In this document: one piece after another, positions 49,871-63,730 of the stretch
How the letters are laid out: each line of letters opens with the position of its first letter
Position numbering within the stretch: position 1 is the stretch's first letter
DNA from: Squalus acanthias
Lineage: Eukaryota
DNA length: 64,000 bases
Assembly: GCA_030390025.1 (NCBI GenBank)
Contig: CM059430.1
Span: 75,268,001 to 75,332,000 of the forward strand
Reading direction: 5' to 3'
Made by a program: the position numbers and the translations under genes
Notes under the pieces: generated by a model
Database searches by the model: none
What the model saw: only the letters and a program-made list of their open reading frames with translations
What the model was told of the DNA's origin: nothing

Positions 49871-50989
49871 TATATAACTTTTGCAGCTGTCGGGTAATCA
49901 GATAATGCAATGCAGAGTCAACTCACGACATGGTGAGCTGATGTGTTCCCCGCGCAAAATTGAAATGCAGCCTTAAAATAGCAGTTAATTGGATGTTAAC
50001 AACCCAGTTAATGATTTGAAATGCCTCCCGCGCTGCTTGGCATCGGGTGTGTTTTGCGGTGACTCACCCGAAACCTGGGAAACTCGCGTGGAGGCGGGGT
50101 GACAGCGGGTTCCCTATCCGTTGTCAAACTTTACGGTTTTGACTCCTAATCCACCCAGAAAACGCCCTCTGAGCACTGGCAAGATCGCGGCCAACGTATT
50201 TGTTTAATTTCACTGCCATTTTATTTTCCCCATTATAATTTCTCCTGTCTCAGCGTGTAAGGACCCACATTTACTTTCGCTAATCTTTGCATTTTAACAT
50301 AGCTATAGAATGTGTTCCATTCCGTTGTTATGTCTCTCGCAAGTTTACTCTCATATTATTTTTTCCCTTTCCAAATCAATTTCTTGGTCATGTAAAGCAC
50401 AGAAAGATACAATTCGGACCATGCTATATACGAACCTTCTCCCAGCCCTCGTCATCCAACCATATCAAACATTATTCGCAAGTTATCTTTCAAGCGATAA
50501 TACTACTTGTGTGCCTGCGTGGATTTGTATGGATGCATTGAGTGGGTTACTTAAGTAGATCGCTTGATTTGTCACGAGTAACCATTTTTTCCTGTAGTTT
50601 GCTCAGAATGATCAATTCATTAAATTTTCTAGCACTAAACGACGCCTTTCGGCACAACTCGTCCGTACCGGCTCTCTGAAAGAGCTGGCAATTTCCCTCC
50701 GCTTCAGTCCGTTCCATCATGCACCGCGTTATACGTATCCACACTTAGGAGTTGATCTGTTTCATCTATTCAGTTATCTTTGCAAGTTATCGATCTGACC
50801 TTCATTTTTCACATGATGCAGCTGGTTGACAGCGGTTTACTTAACAGACTATGGCTCTGGTATATACATAGGCGCCCAGTGATTTGTTCCAGCCACATAC
50901 ATTTACCTATATTGACATGTTATTAAAAAGTCGGCTCATAAAATGTGTTAGAGAGGTTAGGTTCGTTCACGGAATTATAGAATCTTACA

Positions 50990-51680
50990 GGAGTTCCTCA
51001 GGGCAGTGTTCTAGGCCCAGTCATTTTCAGCTGCTTCATCAATAACCTTCCCTCCATCATAAGGTTGGACGTGGGGATGTTCGCTGACGTAAATGTTTAT
51101 AAATAACGTGGCTACTAGAGCAGGTCAGAGGTTGGGTATTCTGCGGCGTGTGTCTAACCACCTGACTCCCCAAATCCTTTCCACCATCTACAAGGCACAA
51201 GTCAGGATTGTGATGGAATATTGTCCACTTGCCTGGATGAGTGCAGATGCAACAAAACACAAGAAGCTCACACCATCCAGGACAAAGAAGCCCACTCCCT
51301 CCAACACCAGCGTACCGTGGCTGCAGTGTGTACCATTTATAAGTTGCATTGCAGCAAATCTCCAATGCTTCTTAGAAAGCACCTCCCAAATCCGTGACGT
51401 CTACCACCTAGAACCACAAGGCCAGCAGGCGCATGGGAACGCCATCACCTGTAATTTCCCCTCCAAGTCACGCACCATCCTGACTTGGAAATATATCGCT
51501 GTAACGTCATCGTTGCAGGGTCAATATCCTGGAATTCCCTCCCTTGAAACACTACGGAAGTACCTTCACCGCAGGAATTGCAGCGGTCTAAGAAGGCGGC
51601 TCACTACCACCTTCTTAAGGGCAATTACAGATTGGTAATAAATGCTGGTCTTGCCAGATACGCTCGTCTCCCAGGAGCGA
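50990..51680 (+). mobile_element. LINE (CR1/L2 group, distinct family) RT and 3' end, internally deleted
   Basis: GVPQGSVLGP..FSCFINNLP..MFAD, then RAGQRLGILRRV..TIYKAQVR..MEYCPLAW. Tail gggcaatt..aataaatgctggtcttgcc. Confidence 0.8.
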
Positions 51681-51689
51681 AAGGATATG

Positions 51690-54600
51690 CAGAACAATAT
51701 GCAATTCGGCCGGTCCTGCCTGTGCCACGTCCAAAATCCCAGCTTTTTCCCCATCACTATTCAAATAGATGTCTAATTGCGTTTTGATAGTTGCTGTTGG
51801 ATCTGATTTCACCACAATTTCAGGTACTGCGTTCCAGATCCCAACAACCCTCCGTGTGAAGAAATGTCTTCTAATTTCCCCTCTAGTTCTTTTGCCAATC
51901 ATTTAACTCTATGACCTCTGGTGATCGACCCACTTGCCATGTGAATTAGGAGCAGGACTAGACCACTCGGCTCTTCGAGTCTGCACCACCATTCAATAAG
52001 ATCATGGCTGATCCGATTACTCCACATTCCCGCCTACCCCCGATAACTTTTCACCGCCTTGCTTACCAAGAAACTATCTACCTCTGCCTTAAAAATATTC
52101 AAAGACTCTGATTCCACTGCCCTCTGAGGAAGAGAGTTCCAAAGACTCATGAGCCTCTGTGAGAAAAAAATTCTCCTCATCTCTGTCTTAAATGGGCGAC
52201 TCCTTAATTTTAATCAATGAACCCTAGTTCTAGATTCTCCCACAAGAGTAAACATCGTCTCCTGATCCACCCTGTCCAGACCCCTCAGGATCTTATATGT
52301 TTCAATCAAGTCACCTCTTACTCTTCTAAACTCCAGCGGATACAAGCCTAGCCTCTCCAAACTTTCCTCATAAGACAAACCGCCCATTCCAGGTATTAGT
52401 CTAGTAAGCCTTCTCTGAACTGCTTCCAGCGCATTTACATCCTTCCTTAAATAAGGACACCAATACTGTACACAGTACTCCAGATGTGGTCTCACCTGTA
52501 TAACTGAAGCATAACCACCCTACTTTTGTATTCAATTCCCTTCGCAATAAATGACAACATTCTATTATCTCTCCCAATTACTTTTTGTACCTACATAGTA
52601 ACCGTTTGCGATTCATGCACTAGGACACACAGATCCCTCCGCATCTCAGAGCTCTGCAATCTCTCACTATTTAGATAATATGCTTCTTTTTTATTCTCCT
52701 GCCAAAATGGGAAACTTCACATTTTCCCACATAATACTCCACTTTGCCAGATCTTTATCCACTCACTTAACCTATCTATATCCCTTTGCATCCTCCTTAT
52801 GTCCTCTTCACAATTTACTTTCCTACCTATCTTTGTGCCTTCAGCAAATTTAGCAACCATACATTCGTTCCCTTCATCCAAGTCATTTATATAAATTGTG
52901 AAAAGTTGAGGCCCCAACACTGATCCCTGTGGCACACCAGTCGGTACATCTTGACAATCAGAAAATGATCCATTTATGACCACTCTCTGTTTCCTGTTAG
53001 CTAGCCAATCTTCTATCCATGCCAATATGTTAACCCCTACATCATGAGCTTTTATTTTCCGGAATAACCTTTGTGGTGGCAACTTATCAAATGCCTTCTG
53101 GAAATCGAAGTACAGTACACCGACCGGTTCCCCTGTATCCACAGCACATGTTACTTCCTCAAAGAACTCCAATAAATTGGTTAAACATGATTTCCCTTTC
53201 ATAAAACCATGTTGACTCTGTCTGTTTCTTTGCACTTTTCTAAGTGCCCTGCTATAATGTCTTTAATAACAGCTTCTAAGATCTTCCCCAGGACAGCTGT
53301 TAAGCTAACTGGCCTGCAGTTTCCGGCTTTCTGTCCCCCTCCCTTTTTGAATGAAGGAGTTACATTCGCTATTTTCCAATCTAATGGAACCTTCCCTGAA
53401 TCTGGGGAAGTTTGGAAAATTAAAACCAACGCATCAACTATCTCACTAGCCACTTCTTTTAAGTCCCTAGGATGAAGTCCATCAGGACCTGGGGACTTGT
53501 CAGCCCGCAGCTCCAACAATTTGCTCAGTACCACTTCCCTGGTGATTATAATTTTCTTCAGTTCCTCCCTCCCTTCCATTTGCTGATTTACATCTATTTA
53601 TGGGATGTTACTTGTATCCTCTATAGTGAAGTCCGATGCAAAATATCTGTTCAATTCAACTGCCATCTCCTTATTCCCCAGACTCACTTTTGTATAGGAC
53701 CAACGATCACTTTGTTAACATTGTTCTTTTTTAAATATCTATAGAAACTCGTATTATCTGTTTTTATATTTCTAGACAGCTTTCTCACGTACTCTAATTT
53801 TTCCCTGCTTATTAATCTTTTAGTCTTTCTTTGCTGTTTTTTATTTTGTCCAATCTTGTGAGCTGCCACCCATCTTTGCGCAATGATATGCTTTTTCTTT
53901 AAGTTTAATACTATCTTTAACTTTTTTAGTTTACCACGGATGGGGGGTCCTCCCCTTGGAATTTTTCTTTCTTACTGGAATGTATATATTTTGTGTATTT
54001 TGAAATATCCCCTTTAATGTCTGCCACTGCAACACTATTGACCTATCCCTTAACCTAATTTGCCTGGTCACTTTAGCTAGCTCTGTTTTCATGCCCTCAT
54101 AATTGCCCTTATTTAAGTTTAAAATACTAGACTTGGACCCACCTCTTCTCTCTCTCAAACTGAATGTAAAATTCAATCATATTATAATCGCTGCTACCTA
54201 GGGGCGCCTTCACTATGAGGTCATTCATTAATCTATCTCGATGCACAATACCAGGTCTAGTATAGCCTGCTCTCTGGTTGGCTCCAGAACACGCTGTTGT
54301 AAGAAACTATCCCGAAAACATTCCATGAACTCCTCATCTAGGCTACCTTTGCCCATCTGATTATCCAGTCTATATGCAGATTAAAATCCCCATGATTATT
54401 GCCGTACCCTTCTGAAAAGCTCCCATTATTTATTCCTTTATACTCCATCCTACCATGTGGTTACTGTTAAGGGACCTGTACACCACTCCCACAAGTGACT
54501 TCTTGTCATTATTATTTCTCTTTTCTACCCAAACCGCTCCTATATCCTGGTTTCCTGTACTTAGTTAACAGTTTCTCCCTACTTACTCAATCAAAACCCC

Positions 54601-54840
54601 TCCTAATTTTGAATACTTTTATTCGGTCTCCCCTTAACCTTCTCTGCTCTAATAAGAAAAATCCCAGATTGTTCATTCTCTCTACCTAAATGAAGTCCCT
54701 CATCCCTGGTACAACCAGGTAAACCTCTCCAAAACCGTCCCAGGGCCTTGACATCCGTCCTAAATTTTGGTATCTAGAATTGTACACAATACTCCAGCTG
54801 AGGCTTAGCCAAAGATTAGTAACGGTTTACCATGGCGTCC
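51690..54840 (-). mobile_element. Cluster of CR1 LINE pieces, including a degenerate EN-RT copy at ~51945-54520
   Basis: Minus ORFs 51615..51902, 52214..52495, 52717..53235, 53199..53579, 53684..53869 and 53931..54176, all CR1 ORF2-like. Confidence 0.9.
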
Positions 54841-54863
54841 TTGTACAGCGACAACGAAATTAT

Positions 54864-55888
54864 ATCTTAAAATGAAATCTTTGCGATTTCGTTCAGTCAG
54901 GACGATTCTTCTCCCACAATGTGAGGACCGTCGCTGGGTGAAGCAAAGGTCAACTTCTGGAGGCAGAATGAAGAAAGTACAAGATAAGTAGAAAGGTATT
55001 TTGCTTCCCACTCACGAAATTATTTCAAATCAGCCTCTTTTCAATTAGGGTCAAAAAGTGAAAAATGAAAATGGCTGCTGCTCTAATCTGAATGTCCTTT
55101 GATCGGTTAGCTCTGAAACTAATTAAATTCAAAAGTTACTATCGCAACAGAACGATTGTTTACTATCAATATTTGAATGAAGTAAGATGGTCACCAGGAA
55201 AAGTAGTAAGTTATAAACAATTTAGCTAATTTTAATCATATTTACAGGGCATTGGGCTGTATGTCGAATGAAATATTCGATTTTGTTGTGTTTAACATAA
55301 ACCATATTTAACCCTTTCTCCCATATTACTTTGCTGGCAGCTCACATTGGCTTCGTACCTCCTTCAGTGCACTTTTTTTAAGGAAATGCACATTTCATTT
55401 ATTGACACTAAATTTGCCCTCTCGCAATTTTTGGCAATCAAACATTCTTAATATCCTTTTCAGTCTTCCTCCCTGAAATCAAAAATTGAAATCATAATCA
55501 TTTCCATCCACGATACTGTGGCCCCATCAGAAGGTTGTTCTCTGGCTTTCTTTTCTACTTGGGAGCGACATCTGAAGACTTTTGCGTGAGCATTAGAAAT
55601 CTGTTCCTTGACTATTCAAGCAGTTATTTAATCAGGAATGATACATTATGATAATTAAGTAGCGACGTTATAAAACTTATCCTGAAACATTCAGTTGCTC
55701 GGTATTTCCAGCAAAATCATAAACACCCAAAAATGGATGAATGGACGATTTCATTTGCTGTGCAGGCCAAAGGAAACATTTTTTTATACTTTTTTTATTC
55801 CAATACACACAGCGTCTTGAGGTCTTCAACCAGCGAGTGAGAAGAATTGTCCTGATGGTGCGAAATCACAAAGATTTCATTTTAAGAC
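54864..55888. repeat. Pair of ~65-80-bp inverted repeats about 0.9 kb apart
   Basis: 54864-54943 (tcttaaaatgaaatctttgcgatttcg..caggacgattcttctc..tcgctgggtgaag) is the reverse complement of 55824-55888 (cttcaaccagcga..gagaagaattgtcctg..cgaaatcacaaagatttcattttaaga). Confidence 0.8.
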
Positions 55889-56019
55889 ATGAGAATATAT
55901 TGTACATAGCGAACAGAGCAATTCTTGGGCCACATGACGCAAATAGAGATCAGCAATCTATAGTAAGTTGCCTTGTTTGAAGCATCACAAGAGCTGAGTC
56001 CAAGAAATTGTAAACAATG

Positions 56020-56450
56020 GATTTATTCAGCATCTCTCATGACCTCAGGACGTTCCAAACCGTTTTACCGACAATGAATTAGTTTAGAAGTCAAATCACT
56101 GCTCATTTTTAGGGAAATGCCAGCAACCAAATTAGCAGAGCAAAATCCCACCAAGTGAAACGACATAAATGACCGGCAATCTGTTTTGGTGGTGTTGGTT
56201 GCAGAATGAATGCTGACTAGGACACCTAGAGAACATACTTGCTTTTCTTCAACTATTGCCATGGAAGCTTTCTTGTTCACCTCAGAGGCAGACACAGGGT
56301 GCTCGTTTGAGGTATCAACCGAAAGGCGCATTTCCCTCAGTACTGCACTGAAGTATTGATCTTGATTATGTGCTCAAAACTCGGAGACGGGCTGGAACCC
56401 TTGGTATACTTACTCAAATCCGAGAATAGTACCACTGTGTCAAGCTCACA
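56020..56450 (-). mobile_element. Deu-domain SINE
   Basis: ccctcagtactgcactgaag..gattatgtgctcaa; same family as 11700-12110. Confidence 0.7.
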
Positions 56451-56694
56451 CTCAAAGAACACAAGGCTGCTTCATGTAAGAAAGTGACAATTCGCACTGA
56501 TGCAATAGGGGAGCTATATAGAGTCTGGGGGAAAAGTATATTCCAGGGCGAATACAGAAGTAGCTTTCCTTTGCCAACAGACCATGCTATACCTGCCTGC
56601 TCGAAATGGATACGAGTACCCAACATAGAAAGTGTCCCATTCCCCAACACAAACATTCTTCTCAACGAAAAATGTAATTGCACTCATTTTGCAT

Positions 56695-57390
56695 TAAGAA
56701 AAGCGGTGAGGTTATTATTATGGAGTAAATCGGACAGGGACTTTCGGAATCCACACTTGTGCAGTTACATGTGGAAATCCGAAAGTTGCTTTCTGGTTTT
56801 CCCCTGCTCTTCCACAAGCTGCGCTATACAGGTCCCTTGGGACAGGCTCAGCATTGAAATCCATATAATGGCATGAAGTTGCTGTACTTACCCACTAGTT
56901 ACCCACTAAACAAGCCAGAAAAAAAATTACGACTGGTGCATTGAGGTATAAGTGAATTTTTAACGACGTGTAAAGTCTTAATTATTGCCAAGCAACCTGT
57001 CTGGTACTGACAACTTTAAAATATATAACTACAATTTAGTTTTACTTTTCTTCCTGTCTCTGTTAGCTCTCTTTCCTAATCCTATCTTTCTTACAATCTC
57101 TTTATTTCGCATGTTGTACATAATGTTACAATTAATTTCATATTCTAATTTTAACTTCCTGATTTAGACTTTGCGAGTCCCATTGAGGATCCTTCAAATT
57201 GATTCGTGAAGAGGCACGCTTTTTTTCCGCCTCGTGCATGCCACAGATCCCCTGTAGAGGGCCAAACGCTGGAAAAAGATTTCTAAGAACTGTAAATTAC
57301 GGTCAAAAGCCCACAGAATGTCTGTGGGCAATTATAAGTGTAATGAAAGGTGAGCACCGTTCTTTACCGGTGACCGGAAATCCGCGATAA
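56695..57390. mobile_element. MITE-like repeat, same family as 1454-2219
   Basis: Shares gcggtgagg..tattatggagtaaatcgg..actttcgga, tagttacccact and gccacagatcccctgtag. Confidence 0.65.
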
Positions 57391-59697
57391 TATTTTATGA
57401 TGAATTTGAAATCTCCGTACAATAATTGCTGCAGACGAAACCCATCAAAGAGGTAACATTGGCGACACCCCTAAAGTCGGGGGACGGTGCCGAGACACAA
57501 AAAAAGCTACTGCTGGTGACACCCTTAAAACAGGTACTGATGGAGGAAACAGGTGATCGGCGTATTGACCTGGTGCATCTGTGCAAATTTATTGCTGCGG
57601 ATCAACCAACACGAAACCAGAATCACCCTCTCCTCCCGCATCAATGAGCAGAATTATGGAGTTAAGACACTCGTTACTTGGCCAGTTTCTGTTGTTTAAG
57701 TCCATTCTCCTTGGAGGAGGAACCTCGGCGTTAAGAATACCGCTGAGAGTCATCTTTTCACTTGGTCAACGGGAAACCTCTCGCAGTTCTCAACATCTGC
57801 TTCACGGTTATGATCACCTTCGAGTTCAATAAACATTTTACACGTATTTCCCAATCACCTTCGTCACTCTGCTGAACACTTGTTACCTTGTCAACTTCAT
57901 ATTTGAAGTTCTGCGGTCTTCAAATTAAAAGGGCATTCATGATTTTAGGCTACTACTGTTTTAATATTCGCCCAGTTATCCCTTGAACAATAATAATTCC
58001 ATTGTTTATTTTCAAAGCATGAAACTTCCATTCAGCCCATCAACCCTGCATCCAAGCTGCATACATAATTATTCAATCTTATACACCCTTCTTACACCAC
58101 CTGCTCCCCCCAAGAGAACACTAATTTATTTCCCCAACCTGCCCCAAGAACGAAAAGAATCAGGATGTTAAATATCTTGAGAAAGCTGCAGCTTCTCAGC
58201 ATTTGTGGAAGTACTTTGATTAGAGGGCAAATTGTGAAAATCTGTATTGCTTATTGGAGGAGGAAAATAATTTCCTGATGTTAAATCAACATATCTTCTT
58301 TGACCCTTCCTATCCTTAAATATTAAACAATTAAAGCTGTGTTTCTTGCAGTAACGTTATATATATTATTTCGTCATTAACAAATCGAGGTATTATTCTG
58401 TGAGGTTCAGATATTTCTGAATATATGTTTAGATTTATAAACGCCATCTTGCGAGTTGTGAACATATTTACGAAAACTGGTCTACTCAGGTTATTGAGTA
58501 TGGAGGCCGAGACGTATGCATGAAAATTGCAGTCGGAAGCTTGCTATACGTGTACGCCTCCGAACTGCAGGAAAACTCTATTCTTACCTGGTGTCTCTGG
58601 AGCTTCGGACACTTGGGACACCTGCGTAAAGGGCCACGCATCCCAGGGGCGCAGGCGGTTCGCAAGCGTCCCTGGGATCACTTGCGCCAGGCCAATCAAT
58701 GAAAAAGAGCGATTCCAATTTTGCTTATGGCGATTCCATTTAGGTACGGAATCCCCATAAGCCTAATAGGAATCACCTAATAAATGCAATTTCACAGCAC
58801 CTGAAATAAAAATAAATAATCACAGGTTCAAAATTAGTTAAAATATTCTTAGATTTAACATTTAGAATAAAAATTATTTTTTGAAAAATAAATGTTAACA
58901 TTTTTAAAAGGGACAAATATTACCGAAATTAATTTTAAATGTAAGTGATGTTTAAATCATTTTATCATTTATTTCAACCCTTACACTGGTAAAAGAAGGC
59001 CTTAGGCCTGCTTTTATCAGTCATAAGTGTTTGATTGGTATTCGCAGGACAGTAGTTGGACAAATAGCTCAACTCTGCTCTAGTGAAAATGAATTTACAG
59101 CAGATGGATACAATCTTTCACGGTGAAACTTGAAAGATTGCAAGGTCCGTGTTTTCGCCTTGCGCATCGCATTCGGAAACCCAGAACTTGCGGGTCACGT
59201 ATGCTGTGCATAGGCTGTCATAGAACCCGTTAAATCAGGCCATTACCTTATCTCTGAAAAATCGGAGGGCAGATTTTCATTACATTCGTTGGGTGTCACG
59301 CCAGAAATGTTTAATGGCATTGTTAGTCTTTACAGTTATATACTCAAATCCTATCGGCATGACGTAAAAATAAAGTTTGTTATCTTAGAATCAGAGTTAA
59401 TGTAGGTGATTTTCCTCTAACTGTGCATAAAAAACATAATTGGGAATGATAATTGACTAAATGGAGAATTGTTACAGAAAATACGTGCTGTGAACTTAAA
59501 ATACACGCAACCAAGTGAATAGAGGGATAGAGAGGGAGCAGAGGAATAGCTAGTGAACAGAGAGCTGAGAAAAAGTGTAGATGGATTTCCTTTTCAGATG
59601 GCAGGAGGTGAGTGGTTGTGTTTCCCATGTCTCTTTACTAGAAATCTATGCATTCTCCTTTCATATCAAAATTTCGGACATAGTTGCAGGATAGTAT

Positions 59698-60058
59698 GTA
59701 ATATAATAGGTTAACAGCCAGGCACAGGTTTCTAAATTGAATGGTGTATATGTGGTACAACATTGCCATCTATTGGTGTGGTCGCACATAATACATGCGG
59801 ATCACATGACAATAATCTCAGAATTGATAAGTTCAGAGCAAGTCATCCGACATGTTTTATTAACTATCCTCTGACTGTATAAAATAGATCACAATCGGTA
59901 AATCTTTGATAGTCTGTGCTGAGAACTCGCCTGGATTGGATAGCAATTCGTGTAAACGTGTTTGTACTTTCAGTCATTATTAATAAAACCAACACGTTGA
60001 TTTATCTCTGGTGTTGGAATCTTTACAATTTGGATGAATCTACTCGGTTAATCTAACA
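59698..60058 (+). mobile_element. Possible solo LTR
   Basis: TG...CA ends, with internal TATAAAA (~59878) and AATAAA (~59982). No TSD found. Confidence 0.3.
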
Positions 60059-60265
60059 ACAGGCACAAGAAGAATGTTGCTGAAGTTTCCTGATAATACC
60101 AAATCACTAACGTTGAATAATAATAAACTGTAAGCCATTTCAGTAGGACATAGCCAGGTATGCAGAGTGGGCACATAGGTCAAAACTTATAGAACAATGC
60201 ATAGAAGAGTGAAGCAATAAGGTTGATGGAAAATTGTAATGAAAGTATGTATACTTCAAACAGTA

Positions 60266-61166
60266 GGCCGGAATTTTGTTCGGGTAGGCGGGTTGGGGTC
60301 GAGGGGAAGGGGGAGGTGGCGGTCCGAGGCCAGCAGTGGCAAATTTGAATGCGATACCTCGGATTCCCGCCCACAGCCAGTCAGCTTGAGAGGCTGGCTA
60401 GTTGCGGGGGTGGTAGGCCTCAGTTACGAGTAGTCGGTCCGGGGAAGGGATCGCGGGAGGGTGGTCGGGATTGGCGGGGGTGGGGGGGTCAGCGATCGTG
60501 TTAGGGTTCGGAAATCGTGATAGGCGTCGTCAATCGGGAGGTGGGAGAGCAATCGGGAGGGACGAAGATGAACTTGGAGGGATCGGTGATCAGGAGGGTG
60601 ATCGTAGATCGTGGGGGATTTGGCCAAAAATGGGGGGAGGACCGGCGGGGGCCGGAGTATCGGTGTCAACCACCGTAGGGTCATGACCGACCTCATCATC
60701 ATGGTTGGGACGGGAGGCTTGGGGTTGGTTGGGGAGAGGGTCTGGGAAGACACTCGGAGGCCGGGGTGGGGAGTGGGGCTCGATCGCCGAGTGTGGGTAT
60801 GGTCTGGACCTTGGATCCAGGAGGCAGCCAAACAGACACTTACCAATGGATGCAGCAGTTTCCGTTTCTGTTTAAATGTTGGGTTTCACAAATTGTGTGA
60901 AACCTGTCCAAAGGCAGTTAAGCACAAAGATCGAGTGAAAAAAAAACTTCCAGCCTCATTAAAATATATTAAATTGTGATAACGCCCTCTGGCAGCGGGT
61001 TGGCTGCCACCCCCCACTACGATCCCGCCATCCCGCCGCATCCAGTCTCCGGGAAAAGCGGAAGGTGCCGGTTGAAGTCGGGATCAGGTCGGGATTTACA
61101 TTTTTTTACAATTTAACTGCCGCCACGCTCCAAACCCACCCGTTTTTTATTGGGAAAATTCCACTT
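60266..61166. mobile_element. GC-rich PIF/Harbinger-type MITE
   Basis: Ends ggccggaatttt / aaaattccactt, flanked by GTA/GTA. Confidence 0.55.
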
Positions 61167-61858
61167 GTAATGCGTAACTGACTTTCAAACAGATTTCTAT
61201 GGCTGCGAATCGGTCTAAGCCAGTAGCACCAAGTGGGCTCTTGGCAATCTGCAGTACATTTTACACCAAGACTGGGGATTTCATTTTCCATTGATGTCAA
61301 TGAAAAAGAAAATCGGTTAGGATGAGAAGGTTGCTGCCTTGGCTTAAATCTGGCATTGCAGATCGACCGACCATTTAATAAAACGAAGGATTTTCATTCC
61401 TATAGGGAATCTACCCGATCATCTCATTATTGTGCTTTACGTTAGCATGATTTTGCAGTATGTAATTTGTAAAAAGGCTTCTCCTTCTATGAGCTGTATA
61501 TACCAGTCATATGGGCACGATTGTACCAGGCCCGATGAGCCGAGTTTCGAGGCGTGTGAGTTGTAAAAATAGCAAACAATGTGGGGCGGATCCAATCCCG
61601 CCTCCATCCCGCCTCTGAGCAATTTTCCCACAGTCCTGATTACAGACCACGCTTCCACCCCGCCTCCAAGAGGAGGTATATTCCCTTAGCTCCCCTAACA
61701 ATCAGTTAATTGCCTCTATAATCCCATTTTGAGAGGCCTTTCTGAATTTAAGGCATTTCCCCCGTGATGCCCATCTCCTCTGGAACACACCAGTTAATCC
61801 TGTCGATCTCACAAGTGGATTGGCTAATACCAGCTGCAGCTTCACCAGTAGAATCATA

Positions 61859-62619
61859 GGGCTGGATTTTGTCTTGGGTTCGGGTTGGGGTCGTGTGAAA
61901 TGCATTTCGTGTTGCCCCCCGCCCCCCACCCCCCCGACTCCAGATTAACGTGGATGAATGATGCAATTTTAACTTAATTGGGCAATTGAGTTCCAGCATG
62001 TGGGAACCCATGAACCAATTAGTGGTTTGAGTCTGAATGTCGCCTCTGATGATGTCATCATTTCAGAGACTGCCTGATCTCAGAGATTGCCTGGTCTTTG
62101 CTGTGAGTGGACCTGCCTGGCTTTTGCTGTGAGTGGACCTGGATGCAAAATGAGAGGGAGAGAGAGAGAGAGATAGATGGAGAGATCTCACATCAAGGCC
62201 AGGCAGTCTCTGAAGACATTCAATGCAGCTGGATCAACTTTCAGATCTAATACTACTACTATCTTCATCACATCTCCATTGTAATAGTGGACCTGCAGCC
62301 GATAGTCAGCTATCCACTTGTGCTCCTGCCAGGTTTCACTGGAGTGTTTCCTATCAGGCGTACTGCAAGTCGGAAAAGGGTTAAACTAGCTAAAACGTTT
62401 CAAAATGACATTACAGAGCGAATTTAGGTCTTGTTAAGGGCTTTAATGGCCTCTCCCGCCTCTTGGAGGCGGGACGGAGGCGGGAATCCCGCGACTGATC
62501 TTGTCAAAATTGCGTGGAGGCGGGATGGAGTCGGGATGGGGCCGGGACCCCCGACCCCGCAACTTTAACACCCCACATGCCTCCAAACCCGACTACACGG
62601 GTCATTGAAAATCCAGCCC
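61859..62619. mobile_element. PIF/Harbinger-type MITE inserted into a CR1 tail
   Basis: Perfect 12-bp TIRs gggctggatttt / aaaatccagccc, TSD ATA/ATA, within a (tagaatca)n tail. Confidence 0.9.
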
Positions 62620-63730
62620 ATAGAATCATTGTAACTTACAGCACGGAAGGAGGCAATTTCAGCCCATCCTGTCTGCGCCGGCCAACAAAGAGCTATCCAG
62701 CCTAGTCCCACTTCCCAGCTCTTGATCCGTAGCCCTGCAGGTTAGAGCATCCCAAGTGCACATCCCAGTACTTTTTTAATGTGGTTAGGGTTCCTGCCAC
62801 TACCACCATTTCAGGTATTGAGTTCCATACCCCCACAACCCTCTGGGTGAAGAAATGTATCCTCAAATCCCCCCTAAGCCTGCCCTCACTTACTTTAAAT
62901 CTGTGCCCCTTGGTTTTTGACCTATCCGCTAAGGGAATTAGGTCCTTTTTATCCACTTATCTGTGCCCCTCATAATTTCATACATCTCAATAGGGTCTCC
63001 CCTCAGCCTTCTCTGTTCCAAGGAAAACTGACCCAGCCTATCCAATCTTTCCTCATAGCTAAGATTCGCTACTCTCGGCAACATACTTGTAAATCTCCTC
63101 TGTACCCTCTCTAGTGCAATCACATCTTTCCTGTAATGTGGTGATCAAAACTGCACGCAGTACTCTAGCTGAGGCCAAACTACTGCTTTGTACAGTTGAA
63201 GCATAACCTCCCTACTCTTGTATTCTAGGGCACGGCTAATAAAGACAAGCATTCCGTGTGCCTTCTTAAACACGTTATCCACTTGGCCTGCTAACTTCAG
63301 GGATCTGTGAACATGCACTCCAAGGTCCCTTAGTTCCTCTACACTACTCACTGTCCTACCATTTAATGTGTATTCCTTTTCCGTGTTACCCCCCACCCAA
63401 ATGCATTACCTTACACTTCTCCGGATGGAATTCCAATGCCACTGTTCTGCCCAACTGACGAATTTATTGATATCTTCCTGCAGTCTACAGCATCCTTCTT
63501 CAGTATCAACCACACAGCCGGATTCAGTATCATCTGCAAACTTCTTAATCATATCCCTATATTCAAGTAAAGATCGTTGATATATACCACAAAAAGCAAG
63601 TAGTGAGCCCAGCGGAACCCCACTGGAAATATCCTTCCAATCAGAAAAACACCCATCAACGATTACCCTCTGCTTCCTGTCTCCGAGCCAGTTTTGAATC
63701 CAGCTTGATACTTTGCCTTGGATTCCACTA
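62620..63730 (-). mobile_element. CR1 LINE 3' half
   Basis: Minus ORFs 62702..62956, 62938..63123, 63145..63396 (RDLGVHVHRSLK..LEYCVQF). Confidence 0.9.

Larger units (their letters stand above)
43794..50192. mobile_element. Full-length, degenerate PIF/Harbinger DNA transposon
   Basis: TIRs ggccgacatcttgcc / ggcaagatcgcggcc (13/15 match), 3-bp TSD AAA/AAC. Contains a convergent Myb/SANT-like gene and a DDE transposase. Confidence 0.9.
41241..50390 (-). mobile_element. Old CR1 LINE, split by a MITE (42251-43012) and a Harbinger transposon (43794-50192)
   Basis: CR1 RT sequence resumes exactly across both insertions (gcaaacttgtataaatt|cttacatttgg; gacacaaa|aacgtatttgtttaat). Minus ORFs 42074..42343, 43312..43617, 43599..43859. 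Confidence 0.9.

Noticed and set aside
57426-57832. Short plus-strand ORFs with an internal repeat (TPLK..TPLK)
   Set aside because: No domain signature or convincing splice context; cannot be supported as exons.
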